64,000 nt of DNA from Octopus sinensis (taxonomy: Eukaryota), in NCBI RefSeq assembly GCF_006345805.1, contig NC_043023.1, positions 15,996,001-16,060,000 on the forward strand. The letters are read 5' to 3'. This document shows, piece by piece, positions 1-9,705 of the stretch; position 1 is the stretch's first letter; each line of letters opens with the position of its first letter. The position numbers and the translations under genes were made by a program. The notes under the pieces are model-generated. The model did no database searches and was not told the DNA's origin. It was given only the letters and a program-made list of their open reading frames with translations.

Positions 1-123
1 TATATATATATATATATATATAAGTTCAGCAACAATTTAGATTCAAATGAATATGGTACTTAATTTAGATGCACCAGAATTTTGTATGGTGTTATCCATA
101 AAAATTTGATGGGTGATTATAAT

Positions 124-287
124 AAAAAATAAGCAACAAGAATGATTCCGGTGATTTGGTACAACATTTTATTAAAGTTGTAAGTATTACATCTTAAATC
201 TGCTGTAATACTTACAACTTTTAATAAAATGTTGTAGTGTGAAATAATTGTACCAAATCACCGGAGTCATTCTTGTTGCTTATTTTT
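124..287. repeat. Imperfect palindrome (about 67-bp arms, 14-nt loop, ~16-bp insertion in the right arm) between (TA)n tracts; possible inverted pLTR tail of a Penelope-like element
   Basis: AAAAAATAAGCAACAAGAATGATTCCGGTGATTTGGTACAACATTTTATTAAAGTTGTAAGTATTAC is matched by its reverse complement at 205-287. Confidence 0.75.
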
Positions 288-323
288 GATATATATATAT
301 ATATGTGTGTATGTATGTATATT

Positions 324-440
324 AGAAGAAATGAGGTCCTCAGAAGTCCGGATGGCTTTATATATCACTGCGATATCTGTGGTAAATCATTCGCTCAAAA
401 ACCAGACTTTGCTAAACATGTTGTCAATCATACTGGATAG
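324..440 (+). pseudogene. Isolated C2H2 zinc-finger fragment
   Basis: Hand translation from 363: YHCDICGKSFAQKPDFAKHVVNHTG*. This is a CX2C-X12-HX3H finger with a broken TGEK linker, truncated downstream by a MITE. Confidence 0.8.
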
Positions 441-448
441 TAAACTGT

Positions 449-555
449 ATTAAACCTTTTGCATTTATAACTAGCCATATCTGGCCAAAATATTCTAACT
501 GTCTTATGTTCGAACTGGCCACATCTGGCCTCTCCCACCTATCATACAATGTCAT
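449..555 (+). mobile_element. Partial TTAA-type MITE (family E), 5' part
   Basis: Matches the start of the complete copy at 1851-2071; it is cut by a SINE fragment. Confidence 0.6.
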
Positions 556-559
556 ACAA

Positions 560-675
560 TGCTTCCCAACCACATGATTCTGGGTTCAGTCTCACTGTGT
601 CACACCTGGGGCAAGTGTCTTCTAGTATAGCCTTGTGAGTGGATTTAGTAGATGGAAATTGAAAGAAGCCTGTCG

Positions 676-678
<3 letters not shown>
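560..678 (+). mobile_element. tRNA-derived SINE family A, internal fragment
   Basis: Homologous to the fuller copies at 2907-3503; has a GGTTCAGTC B-box-like motif. Confidence 0.7.
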
Positions 679-723
<45 letters not shown>

Positions 724-788
724 GGAGTAAACACATAAATGTGAAACAAGGTGGAAAAAAGAGTACTCAAATACCAGGGGTAGAGTAA

Positions 789-955
789 TATGCTTTATTT
801 AAAAGCAGCAGAAATTCAACAAAACCTGTTACTCTGAGTTTCCCGTTCATCGGACAGCTTTTGTTAAAATTTTAACAAAAACTGTCCGACGAACGGGAAC
901 GGGAAGCTCAGAGTAACAGGTTTTGTTGAATTTCTGCTGCTTTGAAATAAAGTAT
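789..955. mobile_element. Inverted-repeat Penelope-like pLTR relic; each arm carries a minimal hammerhead-like motif
   Basis: Arms of about 80 bp centred on AAAATTTT (866-873), flanked by (TA)n. The minus strand of the left arm reads CAAAAGCTGT-CCGATGA-ACGG-GAAA-CTCAGAGT-A-ACAGGTTTTG. Confidence 0.6.
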
Positions 956-1033
956 ATATATATATATATATATATATAGAGCAGTTAGTTGTTCGACTTT
1001 GACGGTACTGGTCGTTTATTTATGATATGTTCA

Positions 1034-1113
1034 GAATCAGTCTTACTGATGAGCATGGTCGCAAATTCTTCTGCGGTTCAGTGCGAAATCACAGGTGATA
1101 CAAGACTAAATTC
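1034..1113 (+). ncRNA. Type I hammerhead ribozyme motif
   Basis: Core CTGATGA 1046-1052; helix II GCA/TGC with an inner stem; GAAA 1085-1088; helix III ATCA/TGAT; AUA triplet 1098-1100; helix I AGTCTT/AAGACT with one A-C mismatch at the junction, extended by GAAT/ATTC. Confidence 0.75.
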
Positions 1114-1242
1114 ATTTTTTAAATGTCTTGCTTTGAAAAACTGCATTGGGTATGATTAGTAAAATCTTTGGTAGAAATGACTGATGTCCCTCTTAGCGTG
1201 AGGCATTTATGTGTAATAATGCCCTCTATATATAAATTAATA

Positions 1243-1287
<45 letters not shown>

Positions 1288-1314
1288 GTCTGTGTGTGTG
1301 TATGTATGTATATT

Positions 1315-1850
1315 TGAAGAAATGAGATACTCAGAAGTCCGGATGGTTTTATATTTCACTGCGATATACTCTTTTATTTGTTTCAGTCATTTGACTGCGG
1401 CCATGCTGGAGCACTGCCTTTAGTCGAGCAAATTGACCCCGGGACTTATTCTTTGTAAGCCCAGTACGTATTCTATCGGTCTCTTTTGCCGAACCACTAA
1501 GTAACGGCGACGTAAACAAACCAGCATCGGTTGTCAAGCAATGCTAGGGGGACAAACACAGACACACAAACATATATACACACATACATATATATATATA
1601 TATACATATATACAACAAGCTTCTTTCAGTTTCCGTCTACCAAATCCACTCACAAGGCTTTGGTCGGCCCAAGGCTATAGCAGAAGACACTTGCCCAAGA
1701 TGCCACGCAGTGGGACTGAACCCAGAACCATGTGGTTGGGTAGCAAGCTACTTACCACACAGCCACTCCTGCACCTATCTGTGGTAATTCATTCACTCAA
1801 AAACCAGACTTTGCTAAACATGTTGTTATTCATACTGGATAGTAAACTGT
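1315..1850 (+). pseudogene. Second copy of the C2H2 fragment, split by a SINE
   Basis: Matches 321-450: CACTGCGATA at 1357-1366, then the SINE, then TATCTGTGGTAATTCATTCACTCAAAAACC... resuming near 1776. Confidence 0.75.
1367..1776 (-). mobile_element. Full-length tRNA-derived SINE family A
   Basis: Reverse complement of the head AGGTGCAGGAGTGGCTGTGTGGTAAG, the body with an internal (CA/TA)n tract, and the tail ending GAAACAAATAAAAGAGTA. Confidence 0.85.
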
Positions 1851-2071
1851 ATTAAACCTTTTGCATTTTGCATTTATAACTAGCCATGTCTGGCCAAAAT
1901 ATTCTAACTGTCTTATGTTCAAACTTGCCACATCTGGCTTCTCCCACCTATCATACAATTTCATTCTAAGAATACACAAACATATCATCGAAATCTTGAA
2001 GGTACAACTTTAAGACAATGTGAATAAATAAACATTATGTTTGATAAAGTAACTTCACTGCTAAAGGGTTA
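1851..2071 (+). mobile_element. TTAA-type (piggyBac-like) MITE family E
   Basis: Imperfect termini TTAAACCTTTTGCAT...GCTAAAGGGTTA; non-coding; further partial copies at 449-555 and 2579-2840. Confidence 0.6.
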
Positions 2072-2073
2072 TA

Positions 2074-2578
2074 CCTTTCATGCCCAACGCGGCTGAAACC
2101 GGCTCTGGCTCTTTAATATACATGTCTTCTTTCCATAAGTTTTGAATTAAAATCTTCCACCAAACCTTAGTCACAATTTATGTTCCTAACACTAGCTGAA
2201 TGATGACTAAGTTATTTTACTAAATTCTTTGTTATATTTAAAATTAATTGAAAGAAACACAGCATCTCAACAGAAATATGGTAACAAAAGGGTTAAAAAT
2301 ATATAATAGAGAAACAATTCTTAACCCTTTTGATACCAACCTGGCTGAAACCACCTCTGACCCTGTAGTACAAATGTCTTGTTTTCATAAGTTTTGCATT
2401 AAAATATACCACCAAACCTTAGTCACAATTTATGTTCCTGACACTAGCTGAATGATAACTAAGTTATTTTACTAAATTCTTTGTTATATTTAAAATTAAT
2501 TGAAAGAAACACAGAGAATCTCAACAGAAATATGGTAACAAAAGGGTTAAAAATATATAATAGAGAAACAATTCTTAA
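2074..2578 (-). repeat. Two inverted copies of the 252-bp MITE+spacer unit
   Basis: Reverse complement of the array unit at 9706-12795, including the spacer GAATTGTTTCTCTATTATATATT. Confidence 0.85.
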
Positions 2579-2906
2579 ACTGGCCACATCCAGTCCAAAT
2601 ATTGTGCCTGGTTTATGTTCAAAGTGACCACATCTGGCTTCTCCCACCTATCATACAATGTCATTCTAAGAATACACAATCATATCATCGAAATCTTGAA
2701 GGTACAAATTTAAGACAACGTGAACGAATAAGCAATATATTTGGTAAAGCACTCTGAATGCTAAAGGGTTAGACTGGTCGCAGCTTGTCCAAATATTGTG
2801 CCTGGTTTATGTTCAAACTGGTTAGATCTGGCTTTTCACAATTTGAAAAAAAACCCACCTTTTATCAATACAACAATGGAAAAAATTAAATATAAGATAA
2901 AAACAT

Positions 2907-3503
2907 AGGCGCAGGAGTGGCTGTGGGGTAAGTAGCTTGCTTACCAACCACATGGTTCCGTGTTCAGTCCCACTGCGTGGCACCTTGGGCAAGTGTCTTC
3001 TATTATAGCCTCAGACCAGCCAAAGCGTTGTGTGTGGATTTGGTAGACGGAAACTGAAAGAAGGCTGTCGTACATATGTATATATATGTGTGCGTGTGTG
3101 TGTTTACGTCCCCGTAACTTAGCGGTTCGGCAAAAGAGACCGATAGAATAAGTACTAGGCGCAGGAGTGGCTGTGTGGTAAGTAGCTTGCTAACCAACAA
3201 CACGGTTCCGGGTTCAGTCCCACTGCGTGGCATCTTGGGCAAGAGTCTTCTAATATAGCCCCGGGCCGACCAAAGCCTTGTGAGTGGATTTGGTAGACGG
3301 AAACTGAAAGAAGCCCGTCGTATATATGTATATATATATATGCGTGTGTGTGTTTATGTCCCCGTTACTTAGCGGTTCGGCAAAGGTAACCGATAGAATA
3401 AGTACTGGGCTTACAAAAGAATAAGTCCCGGGGTCGAGTTGCTCGATTAAAGGCAGTGCTCCAGCATGGCCGTTGTCAAATGACTGAAACAAGTAAAAGA
3501 GTA
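2907..3503 (+). mobile_element. Two tandem SINE family A copies (2907-3156 truncated; 3157-3503 full)
   Basis: Both start AGGCGCAGGAGTGGCTGTG; the second ends GAAACAAGTAAAAGAGTA. Confidence 0.85.
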
Positions 3504-3589
3504 TATACCAATGATTAAGTAATGTGCAAAATAAATAAATAAAATGTATATATTTGGTATATATATATATATATACATATATAAAATGT

Positions 3590-4049
3590 AACCACGTGTG
3601 GATCGTTGGTGATTTTTTTCCTCCGTCTTCCTTTTCTCCTGGACCTTCTCCCATCATCTGTTTCTGAAAAAGAGCTTTGCTTGAAACATAAAACTACTTT
3701 TCTTTCCTTCCCTGAGTTGTCTGCTAATACTTTGCATATACCACGTCCTCGTGTTGCTTTTTTTGTTTTTGTTTTCCCTCTTTATGTTTTTTGTATTAAC
3801 TATATATATATACTTGGGATCACCACCACTTTATTATCTCCCCTTCTCCCTAGCTCTCCTGTGTGACCCTTCTGTCCTGCGTTCGCCATAATAGATCGCT
3901 AACCACTACACATTCTTTATTTTCCCTCCTTGTTCCTTTCTGTGGAAGAGCGTAAGCTCGAAACGTTAAAGACTTTTTCACTTCCCAAGCATTATACTAA
4001 TACATCTGTTTTTTGTCTACACCACCTGTCTTTGTCTTTTGTGAATTCT

Positions 4050-4050
<1 letters not shown>
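3590..4050 (+). mobile_element. Probable Penelope-like 3'/pLTR relic with two degenerate hammerhead-like motifs
   Basis: Motifs GTTT-CTGAAAA-A-GAGCTTTGCTT-GAAA-CA-TA-AAAC (3660-3694) and CTTT-CTGTGGA-A-GAGCGTAAGCTC-GAAA-CG-TT-AAAG (3936-3971); the element ends at a (TA)n tract. Confidence 0.45.
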
Positions 4051-4085
<35 letters not shown>

Positions 4086-4211
4086 CTTATAAAATAAGGG
4101 CAAAAGAAAAACTCTAATGCCAAATATGCTGAAAAAAGACAAATTGTCAATAACCATTATAATTTATGCATCTCGAAACAAACCGATAGAAATTTCTAAA
4201 CAATTCCGTTA

Positions 4212-4272
4212 TTACCGTATTGGTCCCAATTTCGGGGTTAATTCATAGGAATTTTCCCCTCCTCAGCGATAA
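4212..4272 (-). ncRNA. Type I hammerhead ribozyme motif
   Basis: Minus strand: TTTATCG-CTGAGGA-GGGG(AAAATTCCTATGAATTAA)CCCC-GAAA-TTGGGACCAA-TA-CGGTAA. The core is complete, helix I has 6 bp including one G-U, and the triplet is AUA. Confidence 0.8.
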
Positions 4273-4574
4273 ATACATAAGACATAAATGAAATACTTAC
4301 TCATACCCATGGAAAAAGCAAGCACTAAGTCCTCAGCAGACCTAAGTACCCCAAATATATTCAAAATAGAAAATCTTCAACACATCTCGAGACACGTGTG
4401 ATTCGAACTAGAAACTTTCACAGAGTGAGAGAATCCACTCTGTAAATTATTTATAAATTTAACCTTTAAAGGTATTTTTTGATATGCTGGCCATTGATAA
4501 AAAATTTTTTTTGAAAAAAAATCTTATCCTACATATATATATATATATATAAAGTATACGTATATATATGTGTG

Positions 4575-4610
<36 letters not shown>

Positions 4611-4885
4611 TAATGGTGTCATTGAGACCCAAAGGTGTCAGGTAATGCTGAGTAAGTGCTATAGACAGACCATAGTTAAGTTCTAGATTTGGTAATATTG
4701 TGAATAAGGGGTTCAACTTTGGTTCTCTGTCAGCATGTGTATATAAGAATATTTTGCATAATAAGATTAAAAAAAACCATATAAAAAACCTATATATTAG
4801 AGCATTTATAAATAGAAGGTCTTCTATATATAAATGCTCTAATATCTACACAGCCTTGGTTTTTTATCTTATTATGCAAAAAATT

Positions 4886-4936
<51 letters not shown>

Positions 4937-4939
<3 letters not shown>

Positions 4940-5327
4940 GGCTGCCCCCTCGTTATCGAGTATAGCCATTGCACGAAGCTTAACTGTTATTGATGCTGTG
5001 ATCGAATGTGACTTTTTAGCCCAGCCAAAGATCTACAATGTCTTGTACAGAATTGGCAACTGAAACCTTTACCGGTAAAAAGCCGGCTGTAGTTGTACCT
5101 GGACTTCATGTACCTTTGCATGTCGTTTAAGTCCTCCTGCCGAATTACACTCTCTTCCACATGCCCGACAGATATGATTAGTATGGTGTGTTACACCACC
5201 ACCAGTGGCCAGGTTGTCACTCATCTGTCTCGCTTTATGACTACGAAGATGACCCTTGAGTCCAGCTTTACTGAGGCAGGGCCTTGCACAGACACTGCAT
5301 GTCAGCATCATAGGAAGACCCTTCCCA
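4937..5327 (-). mobile_element. 3' end of an RTE-clade LINE with three C-terminal CCHH motifs, one frameshift
   Basis: CSVCARPCLSKAGLKGHLRSH and CRACGRECNSAGGLKRHAKVH in the ORF track; CQFCTRHCRSLAGLKSHIRSQH* in another frame (hand translation of 5077-4990); short 3' UTR ending in (TA)n. The C-x-S-x-x-GL-x-x-H pattern is recalled from RTE ORF C-termini. Confidence 0.55.
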
Positions 5328-5369
5328 TATATATATATATATATATACACAGACAGTGATTGTCTACAC

Positions 5370-5548
5370 CAGTGCTTTTCAAACTTTTTGCTGGAGCGGA
5401 ACCCCAAGGAAACATTCCACTGCCTCGAGGAACCCCTGTGCAATAATTTAATAGCCTTATGCACACATATCTGCACAGGAGAATTAAAAATTACTGCTGA
5501 TTTTAGCAGTTTTGTAACTTCTTGCGGAACCCTGGTTGAAAACCACTG
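5370..5548. mobile_element. hAT-superfamily MITE (Charlie/Buster-like), 179 bp
   Basis: TIRs CAGTGCTTTTCAAAC and GTTGAAAACCACTG; perfect 8-bp TSD GTCTACAC at 5362-5369 and 5549-5556. Confidence 0.9.
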
Positions 5549-5771
5549 GTCTACACCTTATGCAGAGTCTGATCACCTCTTATACTTACATCTTAGATCT
5601 ATCATGGCATCTGATGTGGCTTTGTAAAACCAGACAATATGTTGAAAAGACATCCACATAGACTGTATATCTGATATGGACCACCAACAGCAGCACTTAA
5701 GCTCTGCTCTTTGTGGATCTTAAAATGTGTTTTGAGGCCTCCGTTAGATTCACAGTATATGGAAGTTATGA

Positions 5772-5905
5772 GGTGCAGGGGTGGCTGTGTGGTAAGAAGC
5801 TTGCTTCCCAACCACATGATTCTGGGTTCAGTTCCACTGTGTAACACCTGGGGCAAGTGTCTTCTTGTGAGTGGATTTAGTAGATGGAAACTGAAAGAAG
5901 CCTGT
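5772..5905 (+). mobile_element. SINE family A, 5' portion
   Basis: Head and body homologous to 3157-3320. Confidence 0.7.
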
Positions 5906-5928
5906 TTTTATATATATATATATATACA

Positions 5929-6292
5929 TGCCGGTGGCACGTAAAAAGCACCATCCGTTCGTGGCCGTTGCCAGCCTAGCCTGGCCCCTGTGCCGGTGGC
6001 ACGTAAAAAAATAAAAAACACCATCCGTTCGTGACCGTTGCCAGCCTCGCCTGGCACGTAGAAAGCACCATCCGTCCGTGGCCGTTTGCCAGCTCCGTCT
6101 GGCACCTGTGCGGGTGGCACGTAAAAAGCACCCACTACACTCACGGAGTGGTTGGCGTTAGGAAGGGCATCCAGCCGTAGAAACACTGCCAGATCAGACT
6201 GGAGCCTGGTGCAGCCTACTGGCTTCCCAGACCCCCGTTGAACCATCCAACCCATGCTAGGATGGAGAACGGACGCTAAATGATGATGATGA
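5929..6292 (+). mobile_element. RTE-tailed SINE-like element family B with (GAT)n tail
   Basis: ~60-bp GCCGGTGGCACGTAAAAAGCACC repeats, then GGTTGGCGTTAGGAAGGGCATCCAGC (recalled as RTE 3'-UTR-like), then (GAT)n. Confidence 0.7.
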
Positions 6293-6317
6293 TAGAGAGA
6301 GAGAGAGAGAGAGCATA

Positions 6318-6780
6318 GGCAAGAAAGATATGCCATAATATACATCTGGAACATCCTAGAAGGACTTGTCCCAAACTTTGGCATCGAGAGTTACACAAAT
6401 GCTAGAACTGGGCGCCACTGCATGGTGCCAAGGACTCCAAATTTGCCATCAAGATGTAGGACAAGATACTGTGATAGCCTGGGGCTTCAGAGGCCCACAG
6501 CTCTTCAATATCCTCCCGAAGAACCTGAGAGACCTGCATGGGGTGGATGCAGATGTCTTTAAAGTAAAACTGGATCTCTTCCTGTCAGGTGTCCCAGATG
6601 AACCAGCTTCACGGCAAGAGGTGCAGATGAGGGCAGCTGCATCGAACTCTCTCATGCACCAAATGGCAATTGCTAAAAAGCATTCGTGAAGTAAAATCAT
6701 GTAGCAACACCAAATGGCGGTGCCCCAGCATGGCCACAACTCGTGAGCTGAAACTAGATAAAATAAGATAAAATAAAAAA
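6318..6780 (+). mobile_element. 5'-truncated CR1-group LINE, 3' end
   Basis: YAIIYIWNILEGLVPNFGI...GPQLFNILPKNLRDLHG...FKVKLDLFLSGVPDEP is paralogous to the ORF2 C-terminus at 51160-51480; A-rich repeat tail. Confidence 0.8.
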
Positions 6781-6901
6781 ATATATATATATGTGTGTGT
6801 GTATGTATGTATATTAGAAGAAATGAGGTACTCAGAAATCCGGATGGTTTTATATTTACAGATATTTATTAGTATGTTACATGTTTTTATAAATCATATA
6901 A

Positions 6902-6975
6902 AAGGCGCAGGAGTGGCTGTGTGGTAAGTAGCTTGCTTCGTAGACGGAAACTGAAAGAAGCCTGTCGTATATATG

Positions 6976-7007
<32 letters not shown>

Positions 7008-7499
7008 AGTTTGTGTGTCTGTGTTTGTCCCTCTAGCATTCCTTGACAACCGATGCTGGTGTGTTTACGTCCCCTTCATTTAGCAGTTCGGCAAAAGAGA
7101 CCGATAGAATAAGTACTGGGCTTACAAAGAATAAGTCCTGGGGTCGATTAGCTCGACTAAAGGCGGTGCTCCAGCATGGCCACAGTCAAATGACTGAAAC
7201 AAGTAAAAAGAGTAAACTTGGTGGTTCGGCAAAAGAGACCGATAGAATAAGTACTAGGCTTACAAAGAATAAGTCCTGGGGTCGATTAGCTCGACTAAAG
7301 GCGGTGCTCCAGCATGGCCGCAGTCAAATGACTGAAACAAGTAAAAAGAGTAAACTTAGCGGTTCGACAAAAGAGACCGATAGAATAAGTACTAGGCTTA
7401 CAAAGAATAAGTCCTGGGGTCAATTAGCTCGACTAAAGGCGGTGCTCCAGCATGGCCACAGTCAAATGACTGAAACAAGTAAAAGAGTAAAGAGAGAGT
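6902..7499 (+). mobile_element. SINE family A with an internal deletion and a triplicated 138-bp 3' segment
   Basis: GTTCG(G/A)CAAAAGAGACC recurs at 7086, 7224 and 7362. Confidence 0.85.
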
Positions 7500-7587
7500 A
7501 ATGGCAACGCAGGTAACGATCACGCTCGAATGGTGTTTTTAACATGCTGTAAAAATATTAATTTCGTACAAGTAGATAATTTCTAAT

Positions 7588-7735
7588 GAGCATGGCTGAG
7601 TGGTTACAAAGCTCATCTTGTAAGCACAAGGTCTCAGGTTCAATACCAGTGTAGAGACAGCAGTTTGAGCAAATGTTGTTCCCTACAACCACAGGTTGAC
7701 TCATAACTTGCAGCTGAAATTGAGTAGATGGAAAT
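7588..7735 (+). mobile_element. Decayed tRNA-derived SINE head
   Basis: A-box-like TGGCTGAGTGG and B-box-like GGTTCAATACC. Confidence 0.5.
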
Positions 7736-8189
7736 TATATCAGATGGATTGCACCTGAAATCGGGCCTGGCGCTAAGGAATGCAGGTCCCAGTTAGAGAA
7801 TTGTTAGTGGAGCCCTTTTCTTAAATAAGATGTTTTTTCTAAAGTTCATGAGGGCAAATTCACTTGTGGCTAGTTTTTATTGCTGCAGTCAAAGGGTTTT
7901 AATTCATCGTAGCATCGTCCTCCGCTCGAACATGTGTGCAGGGTCCAATTTGAACAAATCCCTCGAATTAATTTAAAACTGGGCTTGTCTGTAACTTAAA
8001 AGATAATCTTGTTGCTACAATGATTTTTGCTTGAGGATTACAGTTACGCTATAAACGTCCGTGGAATACTCAACCACTTGCACGTTAATTCAGGAGCAAA
8101 CAACTGAATCCTCATCATCAAACGACAGAGATCCACCACTATTATAAACATATAAAGCTAACAAACAATCAAATTTCCATTAATTAAAA

Positions 8190-9564
8190 ACTAGCAGTAT
8201 TGCTTGGCGTTGCTCGGGTTTATTTCGACCCTTTAGAATTGGAATTTTTGAAAAGTAAAAATTTTGCATTATGTAGCTTGTTATTCTCTTTAAGTGAACA
8301 TTTTTCTTGTTGAAATACACCAAAAAATGATGACACAGCAGTAAAAAAATCGTAAAAAATAGGAATTTTCATAGGAAAAAAAGCCCCTTTTTGATGTTAA
8401 CATGGTGCGATTTGAATTTTTTCTTCTACGGAATGAAGAGCAAGCTTTCTTCTATCATACTCTCAATTTTGGTCAACTTGCGTCGCAGGGCCTTGGAGGA
8501 GATAGTGTTAGTTGAAGGCTACCAAACCTGCCACACACAGACAACTTCAGCTTTATATATACAGAGAGATTACTAGCAGTATTGCCCGGAGTTCCTTGGG
8601 TTTGTTTCGACCCTTTAGAATTGGAATTTTTGGAAAGTAAATATTTTGCATTATGTAGATTGTTATTCTCTTTAAGTGAACATTTTTCTGGTTGAAATAC
8701 ACCGAAAAATGGCGACACAGCAGTCAAAAAACTCATAAAAAATAGGGATTTTCATAGGAAAAAAAAGCCCCTTTTTGATGTAAATAACTTTTGGTGTTAA
8801 CATGGTCCGATTTGAATTTTTTTTTTTCTATGAAATGAAGAGCAAGCCTTCTTCTATCATGTTCTCAATTTTGGTCAACTTGCGCCGCAGGGTCTCGGAG
8901 GAAATAGTGTTAGTTGAAGGCTACCAAACCTGCCACACACAGACAACTTCAGCTTTATATAGGGATTAAAAATTAGGCTCATGTACTTGATTACCTCCCT
9001 TTACTTTCTGCCTACAAACTTCTAAATCTATTTCTTTTTTTTATTTTTCACTAGCAGTATCGCCCAGCGTTGCTCGGGTTTGTAAGGGAAATAACTATAT
9101 AAGCATTTTTAGAGAGTTACTTCCCTTATAGATGCCAATTCGGGCTTTCTTAGCCATTTCTGTTTTGGTGTCTTCAAGCCATGAAGTCGTTGTTCTAAAA
9201 GAACGCTGGTCTCCTTGACAACGCATTACGACGTTGATTTCCTTACACTCCCTTCCCCACAGCTTCACGAGGGAGGGAAGAAGGGGGAGAAGCAACACAG
9301 ATGCAGGTGTGACCATGGACGCCAACTCCGCCACCATCGACACACGAAAAAATATGCATTAAAATGGAATAAAAAATGATGTTAAATTATTTTTTAAATC
9401 GTAGACTCATCGTAGACGCGCGCTAATACTCAGACGGGCTCGATATTAATCACGACTATAAAATACCCGAATTTGGTTAAACTGCACCGCAAAATGTGGG
9501 AGTAGTTAGGAATCTAAATCGAAGGGGACAGACACTCACACAACTACAGTTTTATATATATAGA
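8190..9564 (+). mobile_element. Three adjacent non-autonomous Helitron-like elements (8190-8571, 8572-8963, 9050-9564)
   Basis: Each starts ACTAGCAGTAT..CC.GGCGTTGCTCGGG and ends ..ACAACT.CAG.TTTATATA; no TIR or TSD seen. The class assignment comes from recalled resemblance to Lep1-like Helitrons. Confidence 0.55.
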
Positions 9565-9705
9565 TTAATACTGTAGCATCTTTGTCAACAACATTCCTTT
9601 GATTGTCTCACTGTTATCAGAATTAAAGAGATATGTGAAAAAATTCTCTGCACCTGGCTGGAACGTCTTAGGTAAAGTTGATCCTTCACCTAGAAGCTAT
9701 AAGCT

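Noticed and set aside
124-287. Hammerhead within the first palindrome
   Set aside because: No CUGANGA on either strand.
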